Assembly: GCA_001938485.1 (NCBI GenBank)
Contig: MQRK01181505.1
Span: 1 to 55,626, forward strand
Reading direction: 5' to 3'
From: Girardia tigrina
Lineage: Eukaryota
Length of the DNA stretch: 55,626 nucleotides
The position numbers and the translations under genes are program-made. Each line of letters opens with the position of its first letter. Within the stretch, counting starts at the first letter, position 1. A model generated the notes under the pieces. The model was not told the DNA's origin. It did no database searches and was given only the letters and a program-made list of their open reading frames with translations. Positions 12,146 to 26,356 of the stretch are shown piece after piece.

Positions 12146-15100
12146 TTAGAATGATGACAAACGATGAAAGACTTTCTGAGAGTCATATTGACTCCAAATG
12201 TGATTGTAATAAAAGTTCAAAAGCGACTTGTCTAAATGTTCCTAATAATTCAAAATACATAATATAATTTTTCTTTTTGGAATAAATATATATATATATA
12301 TATATATATACGTATTGCGTATATATACATGTTATTAAAAAAATTAAATATTAAATAATTTAAATTTAAAAATTAATTAAATTACTTTGGGTTAAAAACC
12401 CGAAAAAAAGATGTCTTCATTTGAATTGTTCATGTTTGAATCGATGAGTTGTTTTCGACTCAATAGGGGTTGATCAAACATGGTCGAGAATGGATGTATG
12501 TTCTTGGTGTGAGAGAAATTACCAGATCTCAAATTACTCGCTATGATTGGTCAATCAATTAGAGAGAGTGGTCGATTTTTTTGCTGCCATTATATTATTT
12601 TTGTCAGTAAAATTTTGAATGACGTTAAATTTTGAATATTGTTAAAAATTTCCGTCGAGTGAAAATTGAAATTTTTGTAAACAATTTTTTGAGGAACATA
12701 ATCAAAATTTACTGTTTAAATGATAACAGAATTTTTGTCGAACATATTCGAATTTAGTGTTTCTGTGTAAACGAAATTTTGTGAGCAATACAACATTTTT
12801 CGATACGATTTTAATATATTTTGTGAAATAGTTATTAGTCAATTATATCGAAATTTGATAAAATACATTTCTACTCAAATTGAGCCAAAATAATATCAAC
12901 ATATATATCATTTGTAGTGATATTATTAAATTAAAAAGGGCCCAGCACGAAAAGAAGCCACTCGAAATCCACTGCCATGTCTCTGTTACCACCATTCAGT
13001 CTCTATGGAGACCTGGCGACTTTGCCGAACAACCAGTTTGTTCAGTTTTTGGAAACATAATTATTTGTGCGTTGTGGTCACACAGATTCCACGGTACCGA
13101 AGCGGTTTTTTTCATTTTCCCACATCAGGTTTAATATAATTATTGTTTTATTAAATTTAAAAAATCAAAACAATCGTTAATAAAAATCAATTTTTTTAAT
13201 TTTTAAAATTTAACATTAGAGTAGAAAATTTTTTTTTCTTTTCTTAAAATTTTCTTTTTGTATTTGTAAATTAATTTTTATATTTGTCTAAAAAATTACT
13301 AAACATTTCGTCCCTTTAATCATTTGCTCTAAATGGATGGATTTAAAATAATTAATTAGTTAGAAAAAAAGAACAATTAATTTTTGAAACAATTAACTTT
13401 TTTATAATGATTTAATTTAAGATTAAAACTTAAATATTTTTAAAAAAAATTTTTCCGCGTTAATGCACAAATAAATTAATAATTAATTGAATTCCGACTT
13501 GATCATTTGTTTTATTTTTTATAATATTTTAAAAGTTATTATTTATTTTCATATTTTATTTAATTACAATAAAATTTTTAATTAAATTGTCAATCTCGAA
13601 TTTTAGGTTTTTTTCAAGAAAAGGGAAATAATTCATGCAAAAATATTTTAAAATAAAAAAACGTTACAATTCCATATACAAAAATTTTTCTTTTTTGAAT
13701 ATTATTATTAAAATAATTATTTATAATTCATTATTATTTAAATGATAAAAATTGTAGAATAATACTTTTAATATTAAACTTGCTAAGAAAAATCTATATT
13801 ATAATATTATAATATTTACAATAATTTAATATGATAATTTAATAATTATATAAATTTATTGTGATAGTAAGTTGTTCAAAACTTTGTGATGACTAAAAAG
13901 GACAACTTAAAGAAACTTTAAAGTTAAAGGTACGTTTATTTTGAAGCTCGAAAATTGATCTTTAGATGAAAAATATAAAGTATAAATGATTTATCAGGAA
14001 AATATTTTAAAACTTTTTAAAGAGCATTAGAGATTAATAATTAAAATAAATAATTAAAAACTCGGAGAAATTAAAACTGGAGGCAAGTTTTAAATTACAA
14101 AACAATTATTGAAAAATCGAAAATTGGTGAATTTTTGGTTAAGTAATGGAAATATTAACAAAGCTAGAAAAATGAATTCAATTGAAGAAAACGCATGGTA
14201 TTAAATCTATTTATTATATCTTTTCACTATTGACTCCATAGCTGTCCATATCATCCAATGAAAAATTTTATTTTATCAGTTATTCCTAGAGGTCTTATGA
14301 AGCTTTTTCAAATACTTGTATTAATTGCCAAGTGGTCCTTCAGATCGAAATGTGACTGAAGTGTGATAATTGGGTTTATTAATAAAAAATTTAAAAAAAA
14401 TGAATTGTATAACTTTTATACCAATAGCGGACACCGATGAACTACATACTCTAGAATACGTTAATGGGTTGTGGAAGCATGAGCGGAAGTAAAAAATTTA
14501 ACATGGATTAAACGATTTAATCTATGAATAGTAAAAAAAAGATTACGAGGTTTTTTTAATGCAAATGTAAAATTTATAATACATTTTTACAAGTGTTTGT
14601 GGATATACAAAGCAATTACAGTACTCATTGAGTTATTTAAACTCTCGGTTATTTGAAGAAAATAGTAAAATTTTAATTTAATAAAAAATGATTTAATGGC
14701 ATTTATTATTAATTATTTATTATTAAATTTTAGACATAATTTTAATAATTGAGTCATTTGAACCTTTTACAAATCCTCAAGGATTCAAATAAATCAGCGG
14801 CTACTGTAAATAAAAATATTTAATCGTCAGTTATCGCATTGTTGGGATGTGCCTTGTCGATCGGATAATCGATTATCCAATAAAATATCAACAGCTGATG
14901 CAACCAATAGTAACAGTATTATATCGATAATTTTTGTTGCGCATACAAGCAGATATTATTTTAATTCATGTCGCCATTTTGGTAAAATTATAACTTTAAC
15001 TCAATGTCCTGAATTATGAATAAAATGATATCGTTACTTTTTTATTAGTATCTAAATATGAAAATATTTGAAATTAGATAAAAAGAAAAAATATTATTTT

Positions 15101-16107
15101 AGTAATAGGTATTTTATTTTAACATCAAAAATCAAGTTTTGAAGTTTCGTCACGAAAATAAAAGATTGTTTCTATACACTTTGAACTTTGAAGTCTCTCC
15201 CGTTCATGAAGGGTTAAACCATTTTTTTTGAAAAATATTTATTGATTCATAATCTTCATCAGCAAAATTTTTTTCAAATAAATAAAATCATTTTGTAATA
15301 AAATTCAAAATTATGTTTATAATTTAATATTTGCAAATATATAAATTAAAAAATGCTTTAAATTGAAAATGGGGAACTTGTATGTCATATTTATTTTCAA
15401 ATAAATAATTAATAAATTCTTTTTTTTTCGTTATTAAAGAAATTATTTATATTTTTTACACAATTTTTATCTTGATAAAAAATATTTGAAAATTAATCAT
15501 AGATTTTCCGTCTTTTTCTAAATCATAAATCAAAATTTATTTTTCATTTAAAGAATTTAATGATAAATAATCCAGTTAATAATAATTTGCAAATGACAGA
15601 TTCATGAACCAATTAGTGTCAATTTCAGAGCAAATAAATTTGGACAATAAAATAATTTCAAAGTTTTAAAATTTTTATAAATTTTTATATATATTTATAT
15701 AAATATCCTCAGGTAAAAATTGAAATAAACAAAACTTTTTTTATAAATGATTTTTTAAATAGAAATTTGGGAATTGAAAATTATTAAATTACATAATTAA
15801 ATCGCCGGAAGAAAAATGTTAGTTTTGATTTATGACTGTGACAAAAATTTGTTTTTAAGTTTTGTTTTTTTTCCCCAAAAAAAGATTTATCAATTAATTT
15901 GTTTTGTCTTACACAAATAATTTGATAAATATAATTAAGAAAATTACAAAATTTAATCAAGTGTTGGGGTATTGGTGTAAATAAAATATGCATTAAAATA
16001 AAAAAAGAAAACAAAATAATTAATTAAAAATATTTAATCGTTTTTAACAAATTTATAGGTTTTTAAATCAAACTTCCAGAAATAATCTAAACCTTAGCAC
16101 GTAATAA

Positions 16108-16936
16108 CCTTCTACTTCTCGCGTGGCATTTGTCAGACGCCAATCAGGTTTATTAATCTGTATTTTCTGTCTCCTGTTGAATATAATCCCCTGCTTTTGT
16201 GTATCTGCTCGACTATTATTGTTTTAACGGTCAATCTATTTATAGATTTTATTGTGGTAATTCAAAGAAATAATTTTGTATATAAGTGTCAAACGTATAT
16301 GTACTTTCGTTTTAGTGTTTACAAAAGTTATCTAATTACTGAAATTTTGAAATTTTAATATGTATTATTTTGAAAATTTTATATTTATAGTTTAATATGG
16401 ATAAAAAAATCGTTCAATCCTACCGATCAAAAAGACGCAGAATATTTACGGGAAATCATATTTCAATTCTTTTCTAATATATTGAATTCAGGTGCTATAA
16501 TAAAAACCTAATACTAAAAAAATAGAAGAAACTTTATAAAAACACTGTCCTTTGAATTAGTCGCTGATCAACGAAGAGAAAGATCAAAAGATCTACTTAA
16601 AGAACTAGAAGAAATAATTTCAGATTTATAAACAAAATAAGCAAGCTGAAGCATGTTTTAGTTCAAGAAAAAGAAAGGTAGAACTAAAATGGAAGTCTAA
16701 TATAAAAAAGAGATGTTTTATTTGTGAGTTAAAAAAAGCGCACTACAAAAAATACATATAGGCAATGTGATATATGTTTAAAACATACTGATTGTGTTTG
16801 TGATATTTGTGAAATTGTTAATAAATAGTTTAATTTTAAATAAAGTTTATAATAAAAATATTTATGTAGTATTTTTATAATATAAATTCTAAAAATATAT
16901 GTGGTCTCTATCAGACACCACGCGAGCAGTGGAAGG
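16108..16936 (+). mobile_element. Internally deleted piggyBac element
   Basis: TIRs CCTTCTACTTCTCGCGTGG / CCACGCGAGCAGTGGAAGG; flanks ATAA and TTAA; remnants FSNILNSGAI, RRNFIKTLSFELV and a Cys-rich tail RCFIC...CDICLKH..CVCDICE. Confidence 0.8.
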
Positions 16937-18129
16937 TTAAGCATAAGGAGTGTGACCTAACATCCTCACAACTTGTGATTTTAAAATAAAATGTTGAATA
17001 AATTAAATTATTTCAAATTAAATTTCGTGCCTACAATTTTATTATTACTATTATTATTACGTTTTATTTTTTATTTCAATAATTTTCAGAAGTTATTTAT
17101 ATAATTTTGAGTTATCATTCAAATCGCTATTTTTAATGGAAGTGACTCAAAGGTTACAAATAATTAATAAATTGGTTATAACTTTTGTTCTTTTCTTTCT
17201 CTTTCGACTTCTTTTTGTATCTTTGGGTTTTCTGTTCGTTTTTTTTTCACATAATTCTTCTAATTTCTTTTTTTCACATATTTACACTTTCTATACTGAA
17301 TTCATTATATTTTTAAAATATTTTTTATAGTTATGATGAATGGTTATCATATGGTTATCTATATGATGAAATAAAAGTCATGCCCCTGAATTGACTAAAT
17401 ACATTTGGCGCTAGAGAAATTAAACTATTAAATAGCTCATATTCTATAGCTTTGAGTAAGTTAATACATTCAAAAGTATATTTTAGAGATAATACATTTG
17501 CTAATTGTCTCATGTTTCTTATACAACACGACTTGTTATGTGTGAATTAGGACTGGGACCGTGAGCGAAATTTCTATGTTTTGTTAATTTGTATAATGAT
17601 ATGTTTGCTATATTTACTATTGTTAGGAATTTTTAGAAAATATTTAAGAACTTTTTGAAATAATAGTTGAAATAAAAGTATAGTTTCAAATTTAAAATTT
17701 CAGAAAATTATTAAATAAAATGAAATTATTTAATTGTGGGGAATTAAAAAAAAGTAAAATGAATTATCAATACTATATTTATTTTTATTATACCGGTTTG
17801 AGATTTATGAAAGAAATAGTTTCTCAAAATTAGAAAAAGTTTAATTTCGGTTAAATTTGTTTAAAGAGTTTTAGTACATTTTTTTGATTAATAAACACTT
17901 GAAAATCGATATCATCTTTTAATAATGATAATTTAAGATGTTCCAAACATATCTAACAACTATATAAAGTGATATTATTTTATGAGATTACTTTCATTTT
18001 CAATTTAGCGAATTTTTATATCATTTAAGACGTCAAAAACCTTAAGAAACAATCTATAACTTCTATAGATAATATAGTTTGTATGTTTTAGTACCTCTTA
18101 TAAAATTCTTTATTAATAAATAATATTTG

Positions 18130-18300
18130 TCTAAAAAGTGTATGTTTGTGGGTCACACTTTTAAATGTGAAATTGCGGAGGAACCTGAGTGAATTCATTT
18201 AAAGATGTGGTTAATATGAATAGCCCGCATCAATACAATTCTGTCGTTCAGCACCTTGGCCGAAAGACGCCCGGGAGCGGACGAAATCGATCGAAAACAG
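18130..18300 (+). mobile_element. Partial non-autonomous Helitron-like copy
   Basis: Diverged direct copy of 18500-18670 (GGTCAC...AAATGTGAAATTGCGGAGGAACC...GCCGAAAGACGC). Confidence 0.6.
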
Positions 18301-18499
18301 TACAAGTAATTAAACAGATAAATTAACACTGATTTCGACTAATGACTATTTGGATGATTCCTACAAGAAATTTCGCGAAGATTTTTATGAAAATACTAAC
18401 AAAATACTAATTTATTTGATAAATGATGATTTCTATCACTAATTTATTAATTATTTTGCTAAAAATTAATTAAGTATTAATATAAAAATTTTCGTTTTA

Positions 18500-18729
18500 T
18501 ATAATCTGTCTAAAATGTGTGTTTATTTGTTTATCGGTCACGCTATGATCAAAATGTGAAATTGCGGAGGAACCCTAGGGAATCCACCTAAAAACGTGGT
18601 CAATCTGGGTAGCCCACATCAAGATGCTTCTGTCTGTGCAGCGCCGTCGCCGAAAGACGCTGAGAGCCGACTTAACTTTCAAAGACAAAAATTCAGCTCA
18701 CCCGTTATATATGACGGGTCCTTTTCTAG
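18500..18729 (+). mobile_element. Short non-autonomous Helitron
   Basis: Subterminal hairpin ACCCGTTA-TATA-TGACGGGT (18700-18719) followed by CTAG|T, the diagnostic Helitron 3' end. Confidence 0.7.
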
Positions 18730-19388
18730 TAATGTCATATCCACAAAATATTTATTTATTTTTTTCAAATATTTGTACCAAATATTAAAGTGTGTTTATA
18801 GCTCCCAAGGAATACGAATGTTTCAAGACAGTTCCGATAAAAATAATTAAATGAATGAAGAAAATATTATTCAATATGAAATGAAATAAAATATCATTTC
18901 ATAAAAAGACTTAAATATTTTATTTAATAAAAAAGTGAATAATAATATCAATTAATTAAAGATAAAAAATTCTGATCTTGTCTATGGAAATTGTGCATTC
19001 AAATTTTCTATTCGTGTTTTATGTTAATCTTGTATATAAAATATTACAGAAAAAATATCCAAACACACATTTTTGAATTTTTAATAAAATATATAATTCT
19101 GTTTTTGTCCATAGTGTAAATATGCCTTACATGAAAATACTTCAACATGATTGGATGAATAATTTTACACGTTTAAACAAAGATATTAAAAGAAATAAAT
19201 AACTAACTAAAACTTAATAACCAAAACTTAATAAATAAATAATAAATACACTTAATTTTATAAATAAATTTTAAAAATATGATTAATATAATAATGAAAA
19301 AGAAAGTTATTTGACGAACCTTAATGACTGAAGATATTATCGGACATACTTTGACATATAAAAACCCCAATATGTGGATTTAAATGTA

Positions 19389-19508
19389 CAGTTAAAACTA
19401 TCTATAAGGCGTTATCTGGGACCGAGAAAATTACCTCTCTATAGGCAACTTTTCTTATAGAGGTAGTTTCCTCGGTTCCGAATAACTCCTTATAGAGATG
19501 TTTTACTG
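19389..19508. mobile_element. 120-bp palindromic Tc1/pogo-type MITE
   Basis: TA|CAGTTAAAAC...GTTTTACTG|TA; the two halves are imperfect inverted repeats. Confidence 0.8.
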
Positions 19509-19509
19509 T

Positions 19510-19681
19510 AAATGGATGGCGCTGTAGCGTGGGACCTATACCGGATCGGTATTGTAAGTTTGTGCTTTGGGGCACTGAACGAGTAAACGATACCGTGTAG
19601 GAAGGTGCTGTGATTGCTAAGAAGCATTAGCGTGAGTTGGTGTGGAGCGGTCACGGGTACAGATCTTGGTAGTAGTAGCAA
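19510..19681 (+). rRNA. Dispersed 28S rRNA fragment (pseudogenic)
   Basis: Conserved LSU tracts AAATGGATGGCGCTG.AGCGT..GACCTATACC and GTGGAGC.G.C.C.GGT.CAGATCTTGGT.GTAGTAGCAA flank an expansion segment. Confidence 0.88.
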
Positions 19682-19787
19682 TAAGGCGTTATCTGGGACC
19701 GAGAAAATTACCTTTCTATAAGCAACTTTTCTTATAGAGAGGTAGTTTCCTCGGTTCGGAATAACTCCTTATAGATATGTTTTACTG
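19681..19787. mobile_element. Duplicated, 5'-truncated copy of the 19389-19508 MITE
   Basis: Direct repeat of 19404-19508 with few differences. Confidence 0.85.
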
Positions 19788-20576
19788 TGTATGAGTTAAA
19801 TGCATGTATTTAATAAAACTTTTCATTATTAATGAATCATTATTAATTAACACAGAAAATAAATATTAATTGATTTTCAATAGAAAAACATTTGATAAAT
19901 ATTTATATAATTTTCTGTTTGAAAATGCGACTGATTGTCACAAGTTCTTTTTTAATTAGAGTTGTCACAAATTTATCCACACATAAAAAAATCAATTAAT
20001 TTTTGGATTTTACTGTTTTCTTTCTTTCAATTTTCAAATTTCATACTTTTCTTTGTTTTACTTATCCATTTTTTTAAAAAAAAAGTTTTAGGATAAAAAA
20101 AGCTCAATTGAGAATTAGTGTCAGCAGAGACATATTTACTTAAAAGCACTTCAAGTCATTGTTTAGGGCCACAGAAATTGAAGAATAATCATTGAATCAA
20201 TATTACTTTTAAAGTATTAATGAAAGCTTAAGTTTTTACTGATGATATTCCCTGAGGAATGATTTTTGAGTTCTTCCTCATAAAAGTTATTTCGGAAATA
20301 AGTTTATTTTAAAAGATAACTTTTTAAAAGGAAAAGGAAAAGTATTTGACTTTTTCAAAAAGAAGTGTAAGTGGTATAGTATAAAAAAGATTTATCCTTT
20401 GATGGTGGGCGTGGCATACATAAACCACATTGCTAACTGAATATTCTTAACGGGTCAATTCACATTTACGAACAGTTTAATTTTATAAAAATGATTTTTT
20501 ATTTTCTTTAATTATTTATAGAAAAGTAAACTGTTAAATACAAAATTTATATTTTTTCTGATTTTATTATTGATGG

Positions 20577-20639
20577 TTGTAGAAGTGCGCTAAAGGACAG
20601 AATTTAATTTTACAGTGTCCCTTAGCGCACTTTCTGCGA
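20577..20639. other. Isolated stem-loop, about 23-bp stem and 16-nt loop
   Basis: TTGTAGAAGTGCGCTAAAGGACA pairs with TGTCCCTTAGCGCACTTTCTGCGA. Confidence 0.7.
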
Positions 20640-20880
20640 TAGATAGGTTATTATGAGTTATTATGAATTAAATATATTAATCAACGACGAAATTTTACCA
20701 GGACGGTAAAAAATCATACAATATCACGATAACCAGAAACTCGAAAATGGAAGACGATTAGTGCAATAATAAATGAATTAATTGTCATTAAATCGAGAAC
20801 AAATAAAATCAGAGTTCGTTGTAGTGTCCGGTCGAATTTTACTGAGATCTAAAAATAGTCTGAATTGTTTGAATGAATTT

Positions 20881-21115
20881 TTAATGGGCAACCTTTTTCG
20901 AGTTGCGGCACACTAAGCTTAAAACATTTTTTACGGCGCACCTGTAGGACTTACTATAAATTTATTCGTAGGTAATTACAATTACTGTGTGTTTTACAAC
21001 GATGCAAAAATACCACTAATATTGCTACAGCAATATTTTAATAACTTGTTCAATAATTTTAACGATTTTAAATATTTTACAAAAATGTTCGCGGTGCACC
21101 GGTTGCCCGACACTG
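20881..21115. mobile_element. hAT (Charlie-like) non-autonomous element
   Basis: Right end GGTTGCCCGACACTG and decayed left end ..GGGCAACC; the CAGTG..GGGCAACC TIR type is typical of hAT. Confidence 0.55.
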
Positions 21116-21233
21116 GGCTATAGTAATATTAATCGTTCGAGTTTGATTGAATAGTGGATGTACAATTGATTTGAGAGTAATTATATTAGGTAATCTGATA
21201 ATTTTATTCGAAATGTTTGTTGGGGATAGTCTA

Positions 21234-22514
21234 TTAGGGTGAAACAAGTCTTTTCGTATTTTCTACGTCTTTTTGTTCAATTGTTTCTTATTACCAAATA
21301 AAGATATTTTATATACATATGTTATATATTTTTAAAGCTCTTGAACTACTCTATCACAATATATATTAAAACTTCTAATTAGTCGTTAATATAATTTTTA
21401 TGGTCTTTTAGAAAAATCATAGAAAATTTTGAAATTCGTTTTCTTTTACTCCATTACTGGAAACAGGGCTTAAACGCAACTGCAGCAACAAAGAAGATAT
21501 GCGAAGTTGAAGGCGATAATGTGGTCTCAAATCGTACTGCACAAAATTGGTTCAAAAGGTTCAACGAAGGCGACATTGATCTCGAAGACAATGCACGTTC
21601 AGACAGACCTATCCCCGTAGATTCCGGAGCAATTCGTGAAGCCGTCGAGACAAATCCATCACTCAGTACTCGCAGATTGTCGGCCGAACTCGATATTCCT
21701 CAAACATTCATTGTACGACACCTTCAAGCTCTTGGCAAGGTCAACAGACGATGTCGAGAAGTACCTCATGAATTAACACAATTTTAAACCGAAAAGCGTT
21801 TCGAAACTTGTTAAAAATTGCTTGAAAATCCGCGCGATGACCGTTTCATCCGTCGAATTGTAACTTGCGATGAAAAGTGAGTTTACTTCAGTAATCCAGA
21901 CAAACAAAATCAATGGTTGGACCCCGGACAAATGGCGAAACCGGTATCGAAACGAGATCGTTTCTCAAAGAAGGCACTTTTGTGTGTTTGGTGGAATTTC
22001 GAATGCGTGATTCACTTCGAGCTGGTTCCAAATGGTCGTACCATCGACGCTGACCTTTACTGCGTCCAACTTGATCGAATGTATGCGGCACTTGGCGAGA
22101 AATATCCCGCTTTGATCAATCGAAAGCGAGTTATTCTACATCAGGACAATGCAAAACCGCACACCGTCAAACAAACAAAGGAAAAAATCAAAAATCTCAA
22201 CGCCTTTTAACTTTTTCCACACCCAGCGTATAGTCCGGATCTTGTGCCATCCTACTATCATCTTTTCCGCTCTATGGCACACTTTCTTCGTGGTCGCAGC
22301 TTCAATAATCTGGCCGAGGTCGAAAACAGGTGTCACCAGTTCTTCACTTCTAAGAACAAGGATTGGTATCGCAGCGGGATCGCACAACTTGCCCATAGAT
22401 GGGTTCAAGCTATATATTTAAATGGCCTTTACTTTGAAACTTAAATGTTTTTTTATTTGTTTTAAATTGTTTATATTTTTAATAAAAGATACGAAGACTT
22501 TTGGTTCACCCTAA
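21234..22514 (+). mobile_element. Full-length (1281 bp) inactive mariner transposon
   Basis: TA|TTAGGGTGAAAC...GGTTCACCCTAA|TA; motifs VPHELT, VTCDEK*, LCVWWN, HQDNAKPH, YSPDLVPSYYHLF; has stops and frameshifts, and the third catalytic Asp is Tyr. Confidence 0.95.
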
Positions 22515-25217
22515 TAGTAACATTTGTTCTTCTTTCAGATCCGGATTTAGGAAAGAATTGATGATTATGAAGATTGATTACTTGTTCTTAATTAGAAATT
22601 GTCCTATCTGATATACTGAATGTTATATTTTGGCAATTACCGAATAAGATGAGTCATAAAAACACGACTCTTTTTCAGATACATGGAGAGTCTTGATAAA
22701 GGTTCAACGATATAAAAATGAGCGGTTGTTGGTTCCAATAACCAAGCAATAATTATAATTCCGAATTTGAATTTTTATGCATCAATAATTGCTAAGCGAT
22801 TTTATTGATTCGTAAATTTTAATTTTGAATTATTATAATTAAATATTAACATTTAACTTATTATAAATATTTATATTTTGACACTAAAATGGTTGTAGAG
22901 CCATCATTTCCAAAAAAATTATTATTTTTTTTCTTTTATTATTTTGCACTTTATTCTTTGATAAAAATTCTTGTATAAACTTATTTAAACTCAATTCTTT
23001 AAAACAAAAAAAGGATAATTGAAACGGATGAAGGACAATGTAGGCTGAGCCCCACTAAAATTCCACTGACTCTGGATCTTTTAATTAAGTTTCTATAAAT
23101 AAACGAAATTTTTTTCTTTACAAACGTTTTAAGAAATAAAAGACAATTTTTGTGAAATAATCTCTTTTAATTACAATGATTAAAACAAAAAAATAAGTTG
23201 GATTTGATTTATTTTATGTTTATTTTTATAAATTTATTTTGGGAAATTTTGTTAAAATATGAAAAAAAATTTTTTATTTAAAATAAATGTTTGACAATTA
23301 AAAATAATTAACAAAAACAATTTCTGATTTTTAATTTTCAGTTGTATATTTGTTTGGAAATAAAAAAAGAATGAAGTAACTAAAAGAATCTTTTTCCGGC
23401 ATCAATTTCCATTGACCGATAAATTGGATAATTACCACTCTGAAATGGGGATAATTTTGTTTGTAGAATAATGGCAAAAGAAGGAAAACGTAATTTTAAT
23501 TATTGTTTTGATTTATTTCTCTTATAAAAACTTTTAAAATGTTTTGATAAGAATTATTTTTTCAAGAATAAAATGAAAGGAATTTCGAGAAATGAAACTT
23601 GAGTTGCTTAACAGACGATAAAAGAGTTTTTTTGTCGGGTGAGAAAAAGAAAAAAAAGAAAAAAAGTAAGGATAATTTTGAATTCATTGCTAAGTAAGAA
23701 ATATTTTTAGCTAGAAAAAATAACATATGTTTAGTTCCTTAAATCGTATTTCACGCTTCTTGGTTCACTGAACATTCCATGGACCAAGAAAGCTTTTAAA
23801 AATAAATTAAAATCGATATTTCAAATTTATTATACTTAATATTTTGATGTGTTTTTAATAACAAAATTTGTTTATATTGATTAAATTTTTAATATTATTT
23901 TTATTCATTTTTTAACTATATATTGTCGTTATTTGTGAATGAATAAATACATTAATATTCATATTATCTTTTATTGTTTTAAAACTTGGGAAAAAAATAA
24001 TTATAAAAATTATTTATATAATATAAACTAAACAAAAAATATGTTTATATGCCAAAGTTTGTCAAGAAGGATACGTTCACCCGAAAGAAGACCATGCCAT
24101 ATCCCTATTTACAACATTCATTACCCGTCAATCATATCGTTATTTCTTTCAAATTTTTATTTTGCTTCCTTCATTATTTATGCAAAAGCGACAGAATATT
24201 TTATATTTTTATCTGTTTTTTATATATCCCACAAGTTTTCAATAGTTCTTGTTAAATCACTAATAAATGTCTTCGTTGTTTTCCAAATTTTAAGAAATTT
24301 TATTATTTTATTACTCTTCATTTGAGTTGAAAGTTGGCTTTGATAACTTATATCGACAATAAAATAAAGTATAAAAAGTATAAACTGCCAAGAATTTAGA
24401 AAAGAGGACATATGGATACAGAAGTAACAGTAAGAGGATCCATCCTCATCAATTTTGAATCTACTTTTTAATATTTAAAAATTCCAAAAGTTGATTTCAA
24501 AAATTTATTGATAACAAATTGTAAATATTTAAAGAACTCCATAATAATTATTTTCACTTTTGAATGATATATCTTTATAATTACATATTTATTTACCTAG
24601 TTATTGTCTTTCATTCCTCACTTTCCACATAAGTAATATTTTATTTCCTTCCTTAAACTTTCTCCTTGCAGAAACCATACTTTCCTTTTTGCTAAAGCTA
24701 TTATTATGTCCTGTAGAGCTCAATTTTATGTAGCAAATTTTTTGCTACAGACGATTTGGGCTTGACTTCTTTGTTTTGTTTTATTGTAAGATATAAATTA
24801 AAATGAACTCAATTTCTGGAAGGATTTTCAGCCAAATCGGTACGTTTTCTATCTTACAATCTTACGTTTATCAGGTACCTCATAATCCGGAATAAATCTG
24901 TCCTTTAGAGTTGTAATGATATGGACTTGAAAAACATAGCTGTACATTTAGACTCATTGTATCTTTAAATTAATGTCTTTCAGCAATACTTGTTCATTCT
25001 CCTTTTCTTTCTAAACTGGTGAACTATAGCAAGGATATAATATATCTTTCCAACCATTTCTTTCATCGGATCACATACGTCAATATAAATATCAAATAAG
25101 GGGACAAAAAACCGCGTTTTTTCTTACGTCATAAAATTTTTAAACATATTTTCGAAAGATTCAAAATTCAAAGTAGAAATGAAAACTACAATGAAATCAG
25201 TGATATAATTGATATAA

Positions 25218-25550
25218 CTACAAATAGTCACCACCAGATGATATAAAACTTCTTAAGTCCTCCGCAATTTGTTGATGCCACAAACTAGTTTATTACGGAT
25301 TTGCTTACCAAAGTACTATTCCAAAATAAATTTTCAATTCCTCGGTCATGTTGAAGGTTTGCTGTCGTCTTGACGTCTCCATATTCCTAAATATGAAGTG
25401 ATCCATCAAATTCATATCAGGAGAGTATGGAGGCTGTTGAATTCGCAGAATGGGATTTCTTTCCAAGGAAGTTTCTGTCATTTTTACTGTATGAAGATGA
25501 GTATTATCATGCATAATCGTCAAAGTACCCTGTTGATGAATTAGTACAAA
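25218..25550 (-). mobile_element. Mariner transposase C-terminal fragment
   Basis: MHDNTHLH...QPPYSPDMNLMDHFIF...GGDYL*. Confidence 0.8.
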
Positions 25551-25554
25551 TTTT

Positions 25555-25866
25555 GTAGGAAAGGATTATATACTCGTGCATTGACTGTTAAACTACGATC
25601 TTGGAGAGACAAATCGTCATCTCAAAACCCGGATTAATGAGCATTCTTAATCGAGTCGCTCGAGTAAGGTTCTTGATCATTGGTTACATTACAAAAATAG
25701 AATCTCTTCTATTTTAAAAGATGAGTTTTCTGTTTCACAGAAGGTTTTTCTATCACATTATGAACGACAGATTTGTGAATCCTTATTAATAAAACACTAC
25801 AACACATTAACAAATATTCAAAATGGACAAAATGAAACCGTTTCAGATCTTAAAATCGTTAATTAA
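25555..25866 (+). mobile_element. Penelope-like GIY-YIG 3' fragment
   Basis: YSCIDC*TT/LGETNRHLKTRINEHS...VLDHW...ERQICESLLIKHYN..NIQNGQ...LKIVN*. Confidence 0.8.
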
Positions 25867-26307
25867 AATTTTTAAAACATTGTGCCATAATTATCCAATA
25901 AAATCTAAAATTAAATAAATAAATCAATATTTTTCCTTATAAAATAACTTTAAAGAAAGTAACTAACAAATATAATTGGTGACAATGGAAAAATAATTTA
26001 TTTTTCAAATTATCTTTCAAAAATAATAAATAAACTTTCACAAGACTCAATAATATATATAAAAATCGGATTGTTTTAAAAAACCTACAGAAAAGTTAGA
26101 CTCAAATCAGAACAGTTTACGAAGCAACATCGAAAGACTTCTTACATTTATCTCAGGAAGAAACATTAAATGTTACTCTTACTCATTTGATCTTTGAGAC
26201 AACAATTATACAATTGCTTACATTTGTCAATTCAAAGTAATGTACTAATAGAGTAAAAGTAATGTTGTAATAGAGTACAACATTAATATTTTGATTTAAA
26301 TGTGGTT

Positions 26308-26356
<49 letters not shown>

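Noticed and set aside
13860-14700. Decayed hAT transposase
   Set aside because: Only a vague TRW-like remnant; not supportable
15235-15265. Hammerhead on the minus strand (CTGATGA-a-GATT atg AATC)
   Set aside because: The GAAA box and stem III are missing; similar partial hits near 20239, 39910 and 49208 were also dropped
15784-17330. F/I/K/L/N-rich short ORFs
   Set aside because: Composition expected from random AT-rich DNA
21888-22421. Extra ORFs overlapping the mariner (likewise 45548-45991, 50299-50640 and 32400-32621)
   Set aside because: Antisense or alternative-frame shadows of transposase or decayed coding sequence
24030-25090. Coding-like minus-strand region and short ORFs
   Set aside because: Many stops and no recognisable motif
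1307-25603. Two GIY-YIG fragments truncated at the same nucleotide
   Set aside because: The second copy extends further upstream (YSCIDC at about 25571)
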